Part shown: one piece after another, positions 16,231 to 31,780 of the stretch
Position numbering within the stretch: position 1 is the first letter of the stretch
Layout: every line of letters begins with the position of its first letter
NCBI RefSeq assembly: GCF_009914755.1
Contig: NC_060928.1
Reading direction: 5' to 3' (one strand)
Length of the DNA: 64,000 nucleotides
From: the human T2T-CHM13v2.0 reference genome, Homo sapiens
Translations under genes and position numbers: made by a program
Notes under the pieces: generated by a model
Told to the model about the DNA's origin: nothing
What the model saw: the letters and a program-made list of their open reading frames with translations, nothing else
The model's database searches: none

Positions 16231-17428
16231 TTTAAACACCTCTACATTGCTTGGGGAGCAAATGCAGATGATGCAGAAACACAGTGTTCCCCCAATATTT
16301 CGAACAGCCCTGTGATTTCCTTTTGGAATTCACAAAAATATCGAAAATATGCGCTATACTGTGGGGTTTCATTTGGAAAGTTATGAGTGTGTGTGAAGTC
16401 AAACAGGGAGGGGCATACACACCATCTGTCTGTCGAATTGATCTTCGGCTCACCTCTTTTCCCACTGCCTTTCTCCCTTTTCCAGCTCACAGTGGTCCTG
16501 GGCCGGGCCTTTTTACAAATACTACAGAACCCGTTTTCACATTGTTTGGTTGAGTGTTTATCTTTTTCAATTCTGTATTTACTCTTCTGTTCAAAAGCCC
16601 GGGGCAACTGAACAAAAGGATAATGCTTCATATCTCACTTAAGAGTAGAAATTACAGTTCAACTATCAGAAATGCTCTGGGATGGAGCTGCCCCCATGGG
16701 ACCTGGGCTGCACTGTTTCCATCCTCCCAGGAAGAATCTTGGGGAAGTATTCACCCCCTTTGGTTTTGGCAAACTCACTAGCCTGAGGCTATGCAGTGAA
16801 GATGAAGTTAGTTGAAATATAGTTGTTTACATCTGTTTTCATAAGGATGATTAAGACATCTTTTCTCATGGGGTCTACAGCAGCTGGCATTTCTTAAAAA
16901 GGCTTTAGTTTCTGCAAAAGCATTATCGTTCTAGATATACACCCTGTGTCTCTTTCATTTTTGTCTTTTCTATTGGCTCCAGTTTAGTGTCCATAAAGTT
17001 AGAAAGGATTGTGTGTGTTGTGCTCGCACAGTTTCTAGAGTAAAAATCTTTCATCTTAGAGAAATGTGACACTTAGTAAATACATTTTTTCCTATGTGTT
17101 AATAGCCTTTGTTTGCCTTTGATTAGTCTCCTCTGCTTCTGGCTTGCTTTTGTTCTCCCTTGTCCTAGAGTTGATAGATAAAGAGGGAATGGGGTCTTCC
17201 AGCAGCAGTGCTTGGAGATGGAGGTGCACTCAGTGAGTCCTCACCCTAAAAGGATCATAAACTTACTGGGTTAAATCAACCTAATTATCCCTAAGCTGCC
17301 TTGGGTTTTGTGTTTGCTCATGTTTTGTTTTGTTTTAGCTGCACCACGTGTGATTCCTTGTGCCATTTTCTTTTGTCTATTATTTTTCTTGATGACCCTG
17401 AGCTATGGCTTCCTCCTCAGTTCCAACA

Positions 17429-17853
17429 CTATTCAGCTTTCGTTGTTTTCCTCATTTTGCCGATGTAGGCCTCAAAGAAGAAATGGCAGAAGAGCACAAG
17501 GTAGCTGAGGTACATGAGTGAGGACCAGAAGATGTTCTGAAAGTGAGAGTGACACTGGTCATGCTGCATCCAGCAGAAGACCAGGTAGTTAACCACACAG
17601 CCCATCAGCATCTGAGTGATCTGGGACAAGGTGATGAACATGGCAAACTTCCGGGAGACTCGGAAACCTGCCGCCCGCAAGGCATAGTAAGAGTACATCA
17701 CGGCGTGCACGCCATAGTTCATAGTCATGAACCAACCTCCCCCGGCAACCATGTCTTTGTAGGAGTACCAAGAGTACAGGAGCACAGTGATGTGGTGATA
17801 CCAGTGCAGGAAGATCAGCTTCTGCTTCCTCAGAATAATGAATATTGTATCTC
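17429..17853 (-). CDS. ELOVL6: ELOVL6 last coding exon (425 nt of CDS including TAG stop)
   Basis: Translates (G)[41 protein letters not shown]...[11 protein letters not shown], with the ELO-family HxxHH motif and a lysine-rich ER-retrieval-type C-terminus. Acceptor ttcCAG|GA at 17854/17853; stop at 17429-17431. Confidence 0.98.
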
Positions 17854-17959
17854 CTGGAAGACAAAGAGGAAGAAGGTACGTGAGATCCTTGACCACCAGT
17901 AACGATGACTTACAGTTTTGTAAGAGGGTAGACATCCTGAGCTAGGACTGGAGAGTTAC

Positions 17960-18110
17960 ATAGACTGGATTAGAACCCTGAACTGGTACTTACTAGCTCT
18001 GTGACCCTGGACAAGTTAGTTATCCTCACTATTTCTAGTTTCCTCATCTATATAAATGGTGATAATTTAAAAGAGTAGCATGGAATCACCTGAGGATTAA
18101 GTAGGATAAT
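17960..18110 (+). mobile_element. MIR
   Basis: acttactagctctgtgaccctggacaagttagtt...agtttcctcatctatataaatgg. Confidence 0.75.
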
Positions 18111-19041
18111 CAGCATGGCTCTCTTCACACACAGGAGGCAAGCAGCAAATGTTTCTTTCAAGGTATTTCACACAAAATCTTATCCATCATTGATCTGGAA
18201 GGGACATTAACAACTATGTTGCCAACTCCCAACTCAACTATACATTTTAGGAAATACCACCTGGAGGGGACTGGTGACTTGTCTTAGATCATTTATCAAT
18301 CAAAGGAAACAGACTGGAAGTCAAGTGCCCAGCAAAATGTTCTAAGGCTTCTCTAGAGTAGTAAAACCATAATTTTTCTTTGGTACATGATAAAAGGTAC
18401 CCCTCAAACATATATCTTTGTGAGCTCCCTAAATTACACAGCCTTGCCAAATGGCAGTGAGAAAAGTAAAACCTAAACAAAAGACAGAAAAAGGGGGACA
18501 AAAATCCTCTTCTATACACATTTGCTGACAAGGGTAATAGGAATATTTTATACCAGTGAATCAAGTGAGGAGCAATTGAAAATAACAGTTTTCATTTTAC
18601 AGAATTAACTGAAAAGATTTCCAGGATCTATCAAAATTTTGTCTAACAATATCCCTTTGAAGGAAAAGACCATAGCTTCTGAGGCAGGGAATTTATATTA
18701 TGAAAGCTAGAATTATGCTGAGGTGGGTAGATGCTATGTATCTGCAATGCTTCACTGAAAAGTTTCAGGGCTCTGAAAATAGACTGTAGAACATTTATGT
18801 AAAATTGGATGAAGAGCAAGCCCAGTGAAAAATATACCCAATTACATTAGCGAGTAAGAAAATAAGGGAAGTTACGCTAGGATGTGTGACAGAAACAGGC
18901 TAATGCAGGTGAATGCGTCTTTCTCCTTCCTATCTCTATGGTTATGAGACATGGGAAAAATCGACATCCTTCATGACCTTTGGTGAACTCAAACCTGGCT
19001 TCTTTTTGTGTAAAAAACAAAAGCTAGAAGGTTCTTTTAAT

Positions 19042-19312
19042 TTTTTGTTTGTTTTTGAGACAGGGTCTTGCCCTGTCACCTACGTGCCATCGCAGCTCAC
19101 TGAAAACTTGATCTCCTGGGCTCAAGTGATCCTCCCACTGCAGCCTAAGGAATAGCTGAGACTGCAGGCATGTGCCACCATGCCCAGCTAATTTAAAAAA
19201 ACTTTTTTAGTAGAGATGAGGTCTTGAACTCCTGAGCTCAAGCTATCCACCAGCCTCGGCCTCCTAAAGTGCTGGGACTATAGGCGTGAGCCACCGCCCT
19301 GAGAACCCGGCC
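19042..19312 (-). mobile_element. Alu (J-type, degenerate)
   Basis: Reverse Alu with deletions. Confidence 0.85.
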
Positions 19313-19613
19313 CTGGTTCTTCTTCTTCTTCTGAAATTTAATTAAGCGCAACAAAACAAAACAAAACAAAGAAAAACTAGTACTTATTCCTACCTTATCC
19401 CTCATGTACTTCACAGATGGCCTAAAACGCTTGCACTCAGCAAGGTCAAAGAATGCTGGACTATGGGGAAAGACTTCTAAGGTTCTAATGGCAGTGGCTG
19501 GAAAGATACAGGTGGTGCCCCATTCCATGCATTAGGAGAGCTATTGGTTTATTTTCCTACTAAACTGTTAAACACTATTATTTCATATTTGTTTACAATA
19601 GAAAAAGAAAGTT

Positions 19614-20220
<607 letters not shown>

Positions 20221-23200
20221 AGGAAAGTTGTCAGTTGTTATATTTCTGAACCTACTGTCAAATTTTTGTTGAAGTCATCTTCTCTCTTGCAAGATGCCAG
20301 ATTTTTATGGTGTCTATAAGTGTCAGGCAGACTGATAATGATGGATGATGATGGTAACCCTCATACATATACTTAAGGGACAAAACTGGTGTCAGGAGAC
20401 CCGGGATCTACTTTTCAGTGTTAAACTGTGCTATTTTTGTATCTGTCAGAGATCCACCGTTTCTGTATAAGTACTACTCTGTTCCTCCAATCCCTCTGTG
20501 GACAATAACGCAGACACAATCAATTCCAGCTACCTTGGTTCATAGTGTAAAGAAGGTAGATGTCCAAGATACTGTATGTTTAAAACAAGTTTAGTCATTC
20601 ATAATTGAATAGATGCTTTCATGAGTCTCTTAGCATTAACTAAAATATAAACCCCTATACAATTCCAAACACATTATAATAAATTTGTCAAAGTAATATG
20701 CATTTCATCCTAACTCTTTAGTTTAACCCTATCATCACTTTTATATTAAAATTTTATTGTCTAAAGAATGATTAAGAAAAACCATATTAGAATGGGCTAG
20801 TGTGGGATGGAAAGTGGAAGGTACAATTCTGGAGTTAAGAATGGCTTTGTGTTTCTCCTGTCTGGAGGTGAGGGTATATCTCAGGTTTAACTGAGATACA
20901 CTGGGTGTTTCTAGTTACTTTAGGGAGGGGAGTGGAGTGGAGGGTAGGAGGAGGGGAAAACATGTCCCGAAATCTCAAGAACAAAATTAATTTAAATTTG
21001 CTTAGGAGTTTTTTCCAGAACACATATGCACGATGGTGGGTGCGGGAATGAAATTGATCATCTCCCAGCAATGGCTCTGGAGCTGATCAGTAGCACCATT
21101 CAACACCCTATCAGGGTTACTATCCCCCAGACTGCTGACCCAAAGAGTGGTAGTTTCCCTCAGGCAGGGGGAAACTGGTGGGGCTCTAGAAGAGCTAACC
21201 AAGTCCTCTCACGGTCTTGGATATGGCAGCTGAGATGCATCAGTCAGGCCACTCTGGCAGGTACAAATTATTTTTCCTCTGGGGAAACCACATAATGTCA
21301 CATTTAATTTGTCATGAGCCAGAGTCATGCCAAGTCATGGTAATTTCAGGCTTTCCAGAAGCTATAGAGTGACCCAGAAATGTTAACTATCAGAGGGACT
21401 GTGTATTTGAGTTGGTCAGTCAATCTTTCTTGTTCAAATGTCCTGTTGGCATAACGGGAAGGACATTGGCCAAGTACAAGCAATGGGACTTTAGACTCTC
21501 GAACGTTTCAGTCCTGTCATTTTAGCTACCTCCTGGCTCATGTTCTCTGTATCATGATTTCTCTAACCTTTGGTCCAACTATTTTCATTCAAGAGACAGC
21601 TTTCAGGCAGGGCATGTTGTTCCTTATACCCAAGTGTCCCTTCTTAACTACACCTTTGCAGCTGCAGGAAAAGCAACAAGCATTTGGAAATCCCCAGGGT
21701 GTTCTTGGCCACCAAGAGACACAGAGAGGCTACTCTGTGTGTGTGGTTTGTCACATACAGCTGAGTCCCTCTTCCCAGAGCTAGCTAGAGTGCTGCTGAG
21801 TCAGAGCTTCAAAAACAATGACATGCTCAACTGAGCAAGGACCTGGGCTCAGAGCAGATATTTCCAAGTTTTAACAAAACAAAATCTCAGCGGGTTTTAA
21901 TATAATCCAAATAGTAGGTGCTCAGAGATTTGGCACACAAAGCAGGTTAGTGGCTCTTTTCCTCTCACTTGTTCTAGTGGCCTACAACCCCATAATTCAC
22001 TGAAATGAGCTCACGGTTTTCTGCTGAAACAGAAAGGTCTTCTTGCTATTTATTAAGAGTTTAGTGAAGGGGGAGTTAGTGTGGAATGAGTAGCATTTCA
22101 GTTGGAGAAGATGCAAAAGTTCTGGAAGTTGATGGAGTAATGGTTGCTCAACAATCTGAATAATATGTATATTTTACTGCAATTTAAAACAAGAGTTTGA
22201 GTTTGTGGGAGCTGGGGGGGGGGATACAGTTTCAGTACTATACATGGAAGAACTGTTTTTTTCTCACTAGATCTTTTCCTTTTGGTGCTCATAAAGAGTC
22301 CAGAATCTTAGAATATTGAAAGGTAAAATTTGAGACCTAAAAATAAGAAAAGTTCTAAATAATCCAAACGGGTAAATCTCTCTTAATTAAATAGTAGCGA
22401 CAAGATTTTCCAACTGCAAAAACTGGAAAGAAATTTAACCTCCAAAATGCATGGGAAAAAAAAGTCATCCAGGCAAACATGTTGACTACATAAAGACCTA
22501 GATCTGCTTGTCTTGGAGACACTTGCACTGATTTTGGACCTGTTTTGAGTCAGCGGTTTACCTCTGAATGGCCATTGTCAGAGGAGCTCCAGAGTATTTG
22601 AAGAACAATATCCCATATTTTAAAATGTTAAAAAAAAAAAGTATTCAGAACATGAAAATTATCTCTATAAAGGGTTTGAAACTGTATGAAGAATTTGTGT
22701 TACTAATTAGCCTCATTAAAGAACTATGTCAAGATTAGAATATTATTTTTTCCAACACTTCAATCTCATATTTTAACTGCATCGATTATTGGATAATCCA
22801 CAAAGGACTACTACAAATTATTGTGATGAATGAGCCCTTTCCAGGGAAAGGGATTATCATGCCAGCAGCACACCACTCCTGTTGACTGCAAATAGGAGAC
22901 TGGATTATGGCTCCTTTGGGGCTCAAGAGGGAACACTGTATTCAATTACAATGTCCGCTATGAGGCTGAGGGGAATGGACATTTGGGCCTGGATTAAATT
23001 AAGACAGGTGATATTAACATCATCAGCATCAACACAACCAAGATAGAAGATGAAAATATGAATACCTCTGGGTGCTACACTAATAGGTCTTCTCTAGGAA
23101 TCCTAAAAGTCAGGAGGACAGAGAGCATAGGTCTGATTATGTCTTTAAAGGAAATTAATCACTACAGATAGCTTGAGGTGGCATTTCAATAAATTATTCC

Positions 23201-23616
23201 TCCAAAAGGTAGAAAGGACTATGTTTGTTCTCAAGTACCTCAAATACAGCTGTATATAACTCAGAACACAACACAATTAGTCCTTGCAGGGAAAAGGCGT
23301 TTCTAGAAGAAAACACTGAGGCTGCTTTTTTGTGATCTGAGGCTTAAAGGTCGGAAGTCCAGTCTCCAGCCATAGTCTAGTCTCCTACTTGCATCCTACT
23401 GGCATGATTATTTCTTATTAAAAAAAAAATTGAGGGGGAAGTAGTAAAAGGTAGAAACTGTTGAAGTGTTCAGGGGTAGCATTCAGGGGAAATCACGTTT
23501 CATGCATTTACTACATTTATGTAGTTGTAGTCAGGCCTTTGTCAAAAAAGATAGGGGATTAATAAGGTTATTAAATAGCATAAAAGAGGGATATATTTCT
23601 CAACTAAAATAATTCA

Positions 23617-24010
<394 letters not shown>

Positions 24011-24763
24011 TCAACCCCAGTTTGAGAACAAGTGCTCTGATTCAGAAACTCTATGAATCAAAGCAAATTAAAATATTCTCATATAATTTTAAAATTCCCA
24101 GAAATACCTCTTCAGATTTTGCAGGCATTGTCTGTAAATCCAGGGTGAAAACCACTTCTCTAGCCTATGACTTCATACCTAGTGGTACCAATACCTCCTG
24201 GGGCCTGGTTCATAAAATCTGTATTGTAAAATTCCTTTTAGATAAAGTTGCCATTCTATTTCAGCCAGTGCTTAACATAAATGCACTGAATGAATGAATG
24301 AATGAATCCACACTAATGCATTTTACCCTGAGACCGTTTTCATATGATCCGTGTGTGTAGGCGTTTGTGTGTCTGTTGGAGGGGGGGAGCGGTGCAGGCA
24401 TGCACATGCACGCGGTAGTTATCTAGTTATTTTGGACTATCTTTGTACCTCTGCCCCTCTTAGGAAAGGTTTTCAGGAAAAATTTTCTTCTGTTGTTCTT
24501 CCCTTGTTTTTGACCTGGGAAGACAGTAGCTCAAACCAATTGTCATCTACTTATAAACAGCAGGTTTCTGGCTTCCAGTGGAAGGTGGCTGGGTTGCCGG
24601 CCCACACAAATCAGACAGTTCCCATTCTATCTGAATGGACACGGGGCGTGAACAAGGGGCACCTTACAGAAGACTGCTCATAGCTTATATTGCAGGTGGT
24701 TTGTAAGGAAAGTACAACACCAAACTCCCTTTTTAGGAGAAACAGGAGAGGGGACAATACATA

Positions 24764-24843
24764 TTAGGTTGGTGCAAAAGTTAACTGCGGTTTTGCCATT
24801 GAAAACAATGGCAAAAATTGCAATTGATATCTTTTGAACTAAA
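24764..24843. mobile_element. MADE1 (Hsmar1-derived MITE)
   Basis: TA|ttaggttggtgcaaaagttaactgcggttttgccatt gaaaac aatggcaaaaattgcaatt...; the right TIR is degenerate. Confidence 0.85.
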
Positions 24844-25693
24844 TATGTATAATTCTTAATTGCAGGTGAAAAAAAACCCAGAACCCCAGAGGTGACCAGG
24901 TTTGCCTTACCAGTTTGTACCTGTACAATCTGTACCAGTTTGCTAGCATTACTCATGGATGTACTCAGAGCTTATTGTCACCACTAGATCTCTTTCTGTG
25001 TAAATAAAGACATCTTCCTGGAAAACTGTGCCCACATTAACTCCTTGACTTTACTATTTCTGGTAACCTGTGCCACACTTACATTCAAGACCATTCAAGG
25101 GTTGAGGGAAAAATTATAGAAATCTACAAATACAGCCTGTATTTTCTATTACTTTCTGGAAGGTAAATTACATTCCCCTTCCCTAAGGCCAGTCTTGATG
25201 ATTAAAATCAAACACCACCAGAGACCAACCCTCAGCATTTGTTAATGAGAACAGGAGGGTCCCCAAATGAAAAGCTTAATTCCTAATCTGAATCCTAACT
25301 CTACAGATGAAAGTATGCTCAGATATGGGACTTGGAAATAGCTGTGTTGCTCTTTTCTTCCCCCATGTTTTAATATTAGCTCAGCTCAGTGGGCCTTTTA
25401 AAGGGGTCTCTGTACATTTTATAAGTCCGTGGAGGTATATTTTTAGTAGAGCTCGAAAATCAGCATGTTCAGTATAAACTATCTACTCTTAATATGCACA
25501 ATGTAAAATTATTTAAAAGGAAAGAGGGAGCGAACAATAAAAAGTAGAAGTCAGGCAAGAACTCAAATTCATTCATTGTAACTTTCTTGCAACCAACAAA
25601 ATAGGACCTTCAAAATGTTTCTTTGCTCACTAAATAAATACTGTGGATATGTTGCTACAAAGAGAGGGAGAGGAAATGGAAGAAGATACTCAC

Positions 25694-25845
25694 CTAGTTC
25701 GGGTGCTTTGCTTAGCACAAATGCATAAGCCCAGAATTTGCTGACAGGTCCATTGTAAAAACCCTGGTCACAAACTGACTGCTTCAGGCCTTTGGTCATC
25801 AAAATGTACACCATATAAGCACCAGTTCGAAGAGCACCGAATATA
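25694..25845 (-). CDS. ELOVL6: ELOVL6 penultimate coding exon (152 nt)
   Basis: Translates (S)[50 protein letters not shown](G). Acceptor tttcttttctcttttcattatgAAG|T, donor G|GTGAGT. The terminal G joins GA of the last exon to give Gly in frame (KxxELGDT motif). Confidence 0.97.
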
Positions 25846-27636
25846 CTTCATAATGAAAAGAGAAAAGAAACAGCATTTAGGAAAATAGTTTCACTTCTCA
25901 CATCAACCATACTTAGAAGACTGGTTGGCCACTGGCAGGAAATAGGCATAAGAATCATATTATTTGTATTTCCTTGAAAGCATCTTAAAATGTTCTGTAA
26001 ACAAGAGCTAATACAATGACTCAAGGGCTTTATTCTGAAACCATATATGATACCACTTCCTCTTCATCACTGTTCCAAAAAGAGGTCATGAAAAAGGGTA
26101 ACAGATTCAGAGCAGGATCTCATGAAGAATGCTGGTGACCTTTGAGTTTCAGCTTGGGAACTATTCCTTGGAGAGCAGATGGGTGTGGCTGCAAACTCTT
26201 GGAATTATCTCAAATTTGCCCTGTGCCCAATCATTCTCCAAGTTCTACTGGCTCTATTTCCTGAAAACCTGTTTACCTCTTTAGGCAAACTTTTCCTCTA
26301 CCTCTGGACTCGCCTTGCCAGCCCAGGCTTTTTGTGCCCTCCTTGGATTTCTCCAGCAGTCTCCAAATCACTTTCTACTGTCTGATCCATCTTTCTCAGA
26401 GATGTCAGAATGAGACTCCTTCAAAAGCTTAGCTCTGTCACCTCCTCCAGGAAGCCCACTCAGGCAGAGATAAGTGCTCACTCCCTGAGCTCCCTAGAAC
26501 CAGTGTTGTGCTAATACCACCCCAACACTGTTCTTCAATGCCCCGCAATGTGTTTAATCTCCACATAGGCACAGGTGCTCAATAAAGACTGTTGAAAAAG
26601 TGAGATTGTTGAAAAAGTGAAGAAAAAATAAACAATTTCTTTAAATCAGAGAACTGGTAAGGAAATAGGAAGTTCTGGAACACATTAGGCTCAAGAAACA
26701 CAACCTGCCATGGGAAAGCACTTGGCAATAGGAACAAGCAGCCACTATTACGAAGTGAGCCCCTTAAGTGTATGTCCCAGAGTGTGTGAACCATGCCCGG
26801 GACTGAAAGGAGAGCTGGCTGACCATGTGGGGAAGATGGACCTGCCTAGCCTTTTCTGCCCAAAAGGGCAGCATCTTACTCTAGAAGTCAGCTGAGAGAT
26901 CAATGAATGAACAACTGTTGAATTGGGAAATGGAGCCTTCTTTTCTCCTCAGAGGCACTGTTTTTTACTTAAAATATCTTAGAGTTGCTCTAGAATAAAT
27001 CATTCCACTAGGCTAACCTGTCCAGAAAGCACGCATCTGCCAACTAGAACTAAAGGTCAACTTTCTACAGTATCAAAATAATGAAGTTTAATTCCTGGCA
27101 ATTGTCTATTAAGTTGGGTCTTTGTAAGTAGCTTCTCTAAAGGTATAAAGACTCCATCAAATGGTGTTACTCTTTCCACTGTATGAAATTGTCCTGCAGA
27201 GGATTACTGTCATTTTACAGATATAGATCCTGTTTAATCCTTCAGTGGTTTTTCTCTGCACTTGGAATAAAAACCTCAACTCCTTTATCAGGACCGACAA
27301 GGCCTCTCTGCACTGCCTCTCTCTCCCCATTCTCCACTCTCACCTCCTGCCATTCTCTTCTTGTTCACTGTGAGCCAATCACTCCAGAACTTTCAGACAC
27401 TTTCAGTTTTCTGCCTCAGGACCTTTGCATTTCTCCCCTGTTCATAACAAAACTGGCTTTTTACTTTCTTATCTTAAGGAAATGTCTCCTCCCCGTGGAA
27501 TGACCTAAGTCTTTATAGTCCATTATCTGTCCTAATTTGGGGATGAAGGGTTGATTTCATTAGTAGCATCAAGTAATAGAGATTTTTCTGTCTTATCTGA
27601 ATTTTTTTTGTGTACTGTCTTTCCCTCACCAAATGA

Positions 27637-27975
<339 letters not shown>

Positions 27976-29804
27976 TGATCAGAGTAGATCCAAAGAATGT
28001 ATGCTTGAAATGGTTGCTATCCTTTCATCCTTTTGGGTCTCAAAAAATCATTGTAATTTATTCCCAATTTCTAAGGTATTCACACAAGTTCATTTATTCT
28101 TTCAGTGGTCAAATATTTATTGGCATGGTTTTAGATGATGGAGTGAAAAAAAATCATTAAGCTAACTCTGGCTAGTGAGTGGTAGTCCTAGAAGACTTCA
28201 GAGGAAGTGGTATTTGAATTAGGGGCAAATAGGTATTCACAAGTTTGAGGGCTAGGGTATGGGGAGGTCAGTTCAGAGCACTGTAGAGTTGAAGGTTTTG
28301 ATATCATGGTGACCTATAATATTGCTGACAGCAAGTGTATAGCACATATTATTGTCCCATATCTGGACATGTGCCTCATTCCCTAAGCTCTGAACAATAA
28401 GGCTAACTCAGAACAGAGGACAGTAGCACTTTTCAGGGAAACCGTCAGTGCCAGCCATTGGGCCCATGTGTCTGTGGGCAAAGGCGCATTGTTGGGATGT
28501 GACAGTGCTACTGCTGGGGAGCACTGTGGGGGCCAATGGGATAATTGTTATTTGTGGGGAGCCACTAGCTCTGCCCCTCGCACATTTCATCCTCTGCACG
28601 CTTTGGAACCAGGTGGTTTTTATCACAACAGTGTCACATCGTGACACTTTAACAAAATACACTTTAAGGTGAAGAGGCTTTCCTTCCTCCCCAAGTTACA
28701 TTAGCTTGAGAGGCAGCGTGATGCAGCAGGCAAATATGCTGCTGTTCTGCTACCCCTAGTCCTTACTTAGGCTCACAGCAGATGCTGCTAATCAATCTCA
28801 GCAGTCTTTCTGGCCATCCCTGGACCACACATTTAAGTTCTCGGCCACTCTATGCCACTGTCAATAGATTAGAGTTGCAAATCGAACCCTTTGTACAATA
28901 GGCTCCAATCACAGTCCAATCACTTATTACTAACAGTTTTATAATTAGCCAAGTTACTGAAGTATTTTTTCCTCTGAAATGAGAATAATATCTAACATGC
29001 AAATTCATCGTATGAATTTTTTGAAGCAATATAAGTAAGGTATTTAGCTAGCATCAAGCCTCTGATACACAGGTGCTCAACGAAACAGTTTTCATTATAT
29101 TACTCTTCTTACTCTATCACTATTTGTATTACTATTATTGCTGATTTACTTCGGCTAACCCTCAATGTTGAAAATCACCTTCCTCGCTGATCTTATTTTG
29201 TCAGGTAAGAGAGGTTAAGGTTAATTAACCCTAATTCAAAGTTAAGGAAACTGATTTACAGCTAGTTCAATTTGCCACATTGATTGTTCACATTATTCCT
29301 ATTGCTATGAGAATTTTTATTTATATAGATATTTTTCTTGGACAAGTGAGTCTCTAGGAGCCGAGGATGGCTGTCATTCTCGAAGTACTTCTCAGGTTTC
29401 CGGAGGCCTGCTCCTGGTGTGGCGACCCCAAGGAGGGACATCTCCTGCAGTGGGGTTGCTCTTTTGGAGCAGTCGAAGTTGGCCAGAGCGTGGGGTCAAG
29501 GAGGGACAGCCTAGGCAGTCCACACCTGGTGGGCTCAGTCCCCCAGTTCCTGATCCTGACTCTCATCTCCACAAAAGGTAACCATGCACCAACTTTCCAC
29601 AAGTGACAACTAGCAAGTTTACGACAGGATGTGAAATGAGCACTTTCCATAGAAGGGCTTGAAGGAGAGGCTGTTGGTATAGAAAAGCTTCTGTTTCAAG
29701 TGAAATGTATCTTTCCTTCAGATGATATAGATTATTCTAAATCTAGAGCCTCAAAGAGGCTGAGGGTCTGGACCACTGTGTTGAATGAAGGCAGATGATT
29801 ACTA

Positions 29805-30204
<400 letters not shown>

Positions 30205-30555
30205 AAATATACCATACATATCATTTTTGTCAAAGCCAAATGAAATCAGTGGAATAGCAGAGAGCTCTGTGGAGGGAGCAGTATACGTTTCTGCTCCCTC
30301 TGCAACATCAGACACAATGCAGCAAGGCGATGAGGAGGTGGGGATCACCATCCTGATTAGCTAAGGTGCTTTCTTCTCAAACTCCTGCACTGGATTCCTA
30401 ATCCACAAGGAGCCTGTTTCCTGATCACTAGCTATTTGCCATGGGATGTCAGGAGGGGGCCAAGAATATCCATTATACAATTAACTGTAATACTTTGTGG
30501 GTGGGGGAGGGTAACTTCTATTTTGTACTGTGTACATTTCTGCACTATTTGACTC

Positions 30556-30878
30556 TTTTTTATTTTTTTTAAGTGATAAGATCTTGTTCTGTTGCACAGG
30601 CTGGAGTGCAGTGGCGCAATCACAGCTCACAACAGCCTTGAACTCCTGGACTCAAGTGATCCTCCTGCCTCAGCTTCCCAAGTAGCTAGGATTATAGGCA
30701 GAGCCACTGTGCCTATTTAACTATTTTTAATCAAGCACATATTAGAAATTTTTTTTTTAATGAAAATGGGGTCTCATCATCTTGCCCAGGCTGGTCTTGA
30801 ACTCCTGGGCTCAAGCAACCCTCCTGCCACAGCCTCCCAAAGTGCTGGGATTATAGACGTGAGCTACTGCACCTGGCC
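30556..30878 (-). mobile_element. Alu (J-type)
   Basis: Reverse Alu. Confidence 0.88.
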
Positions 30879-31434
30879 TCGATTGATAATGTTTAAAAAT
30901 CTACTTTCAATAGGTGCCTGGCCACAATTGATGCAATCACAATGGTACTAGCTTGTGAGGCTTTCCTAGTGAATTTCTAGCATGACGTTGACATATAACA
31001 CTAATCTCTAATCAGCCCTTGGATGACAAACTGGCATTAGCACTCGGGGAGAAAAGACTGTTTCATGTATTAAATCAACACGTACTTAACACACACCAAG
31101 TGTCAGATATTACAGTACTCATGAGGGAGGTTGGGGAGGGGGCAGTTTCTACAGCCTATTGCAGGAGACAACAAACATGAAAATAAATATATATGTATAA
31201 CAAAAACAATAGAAACAGTGGCACTGAAGAGCTGAAGGGTATGTATGTGTATATGGTTGGGAGTTTCCTTTGGATATTTACATAAACAGATGTTGGAATT
31301 TTTAGAATAAAAGTTTAGAAAGCAAGTTCTTGTTTTCAGGTTTTATTTTTTCTTGTGTAGGTGTATGTATTGGGGTCCTTTTTAAAGATGTATAAGAGAT
31401 ATAGCTAATCTTCTTTAAAACCAGGCTTTGGGCT

Positions 31435-31780
<346 letters not shown>

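Noticed and set aside
17543-17902. 119-aa plus-strand ORF
   Set aside because: Antisense shadow of the ELOVL6 exon with no independent support.
17854-17935. N-terminal extension [27 protein letters not shown] of the 168-aa ORF
   Set aside because: Intronic read-through upstream of a canonical polypyrimidine tract/CAG acceptor; not part of ELOVL6.
25569-25693. C-terminal part of the 81-aa ORF ([11 protein letters not shown]...)
   Set aside because: Intron sequence after the G|GTGAGT donor.
28630-28648. Hairpin agtgtcac-atc-gtgacact
   Set aside because: An 8-bp stem is expected by chance in 64 kb.
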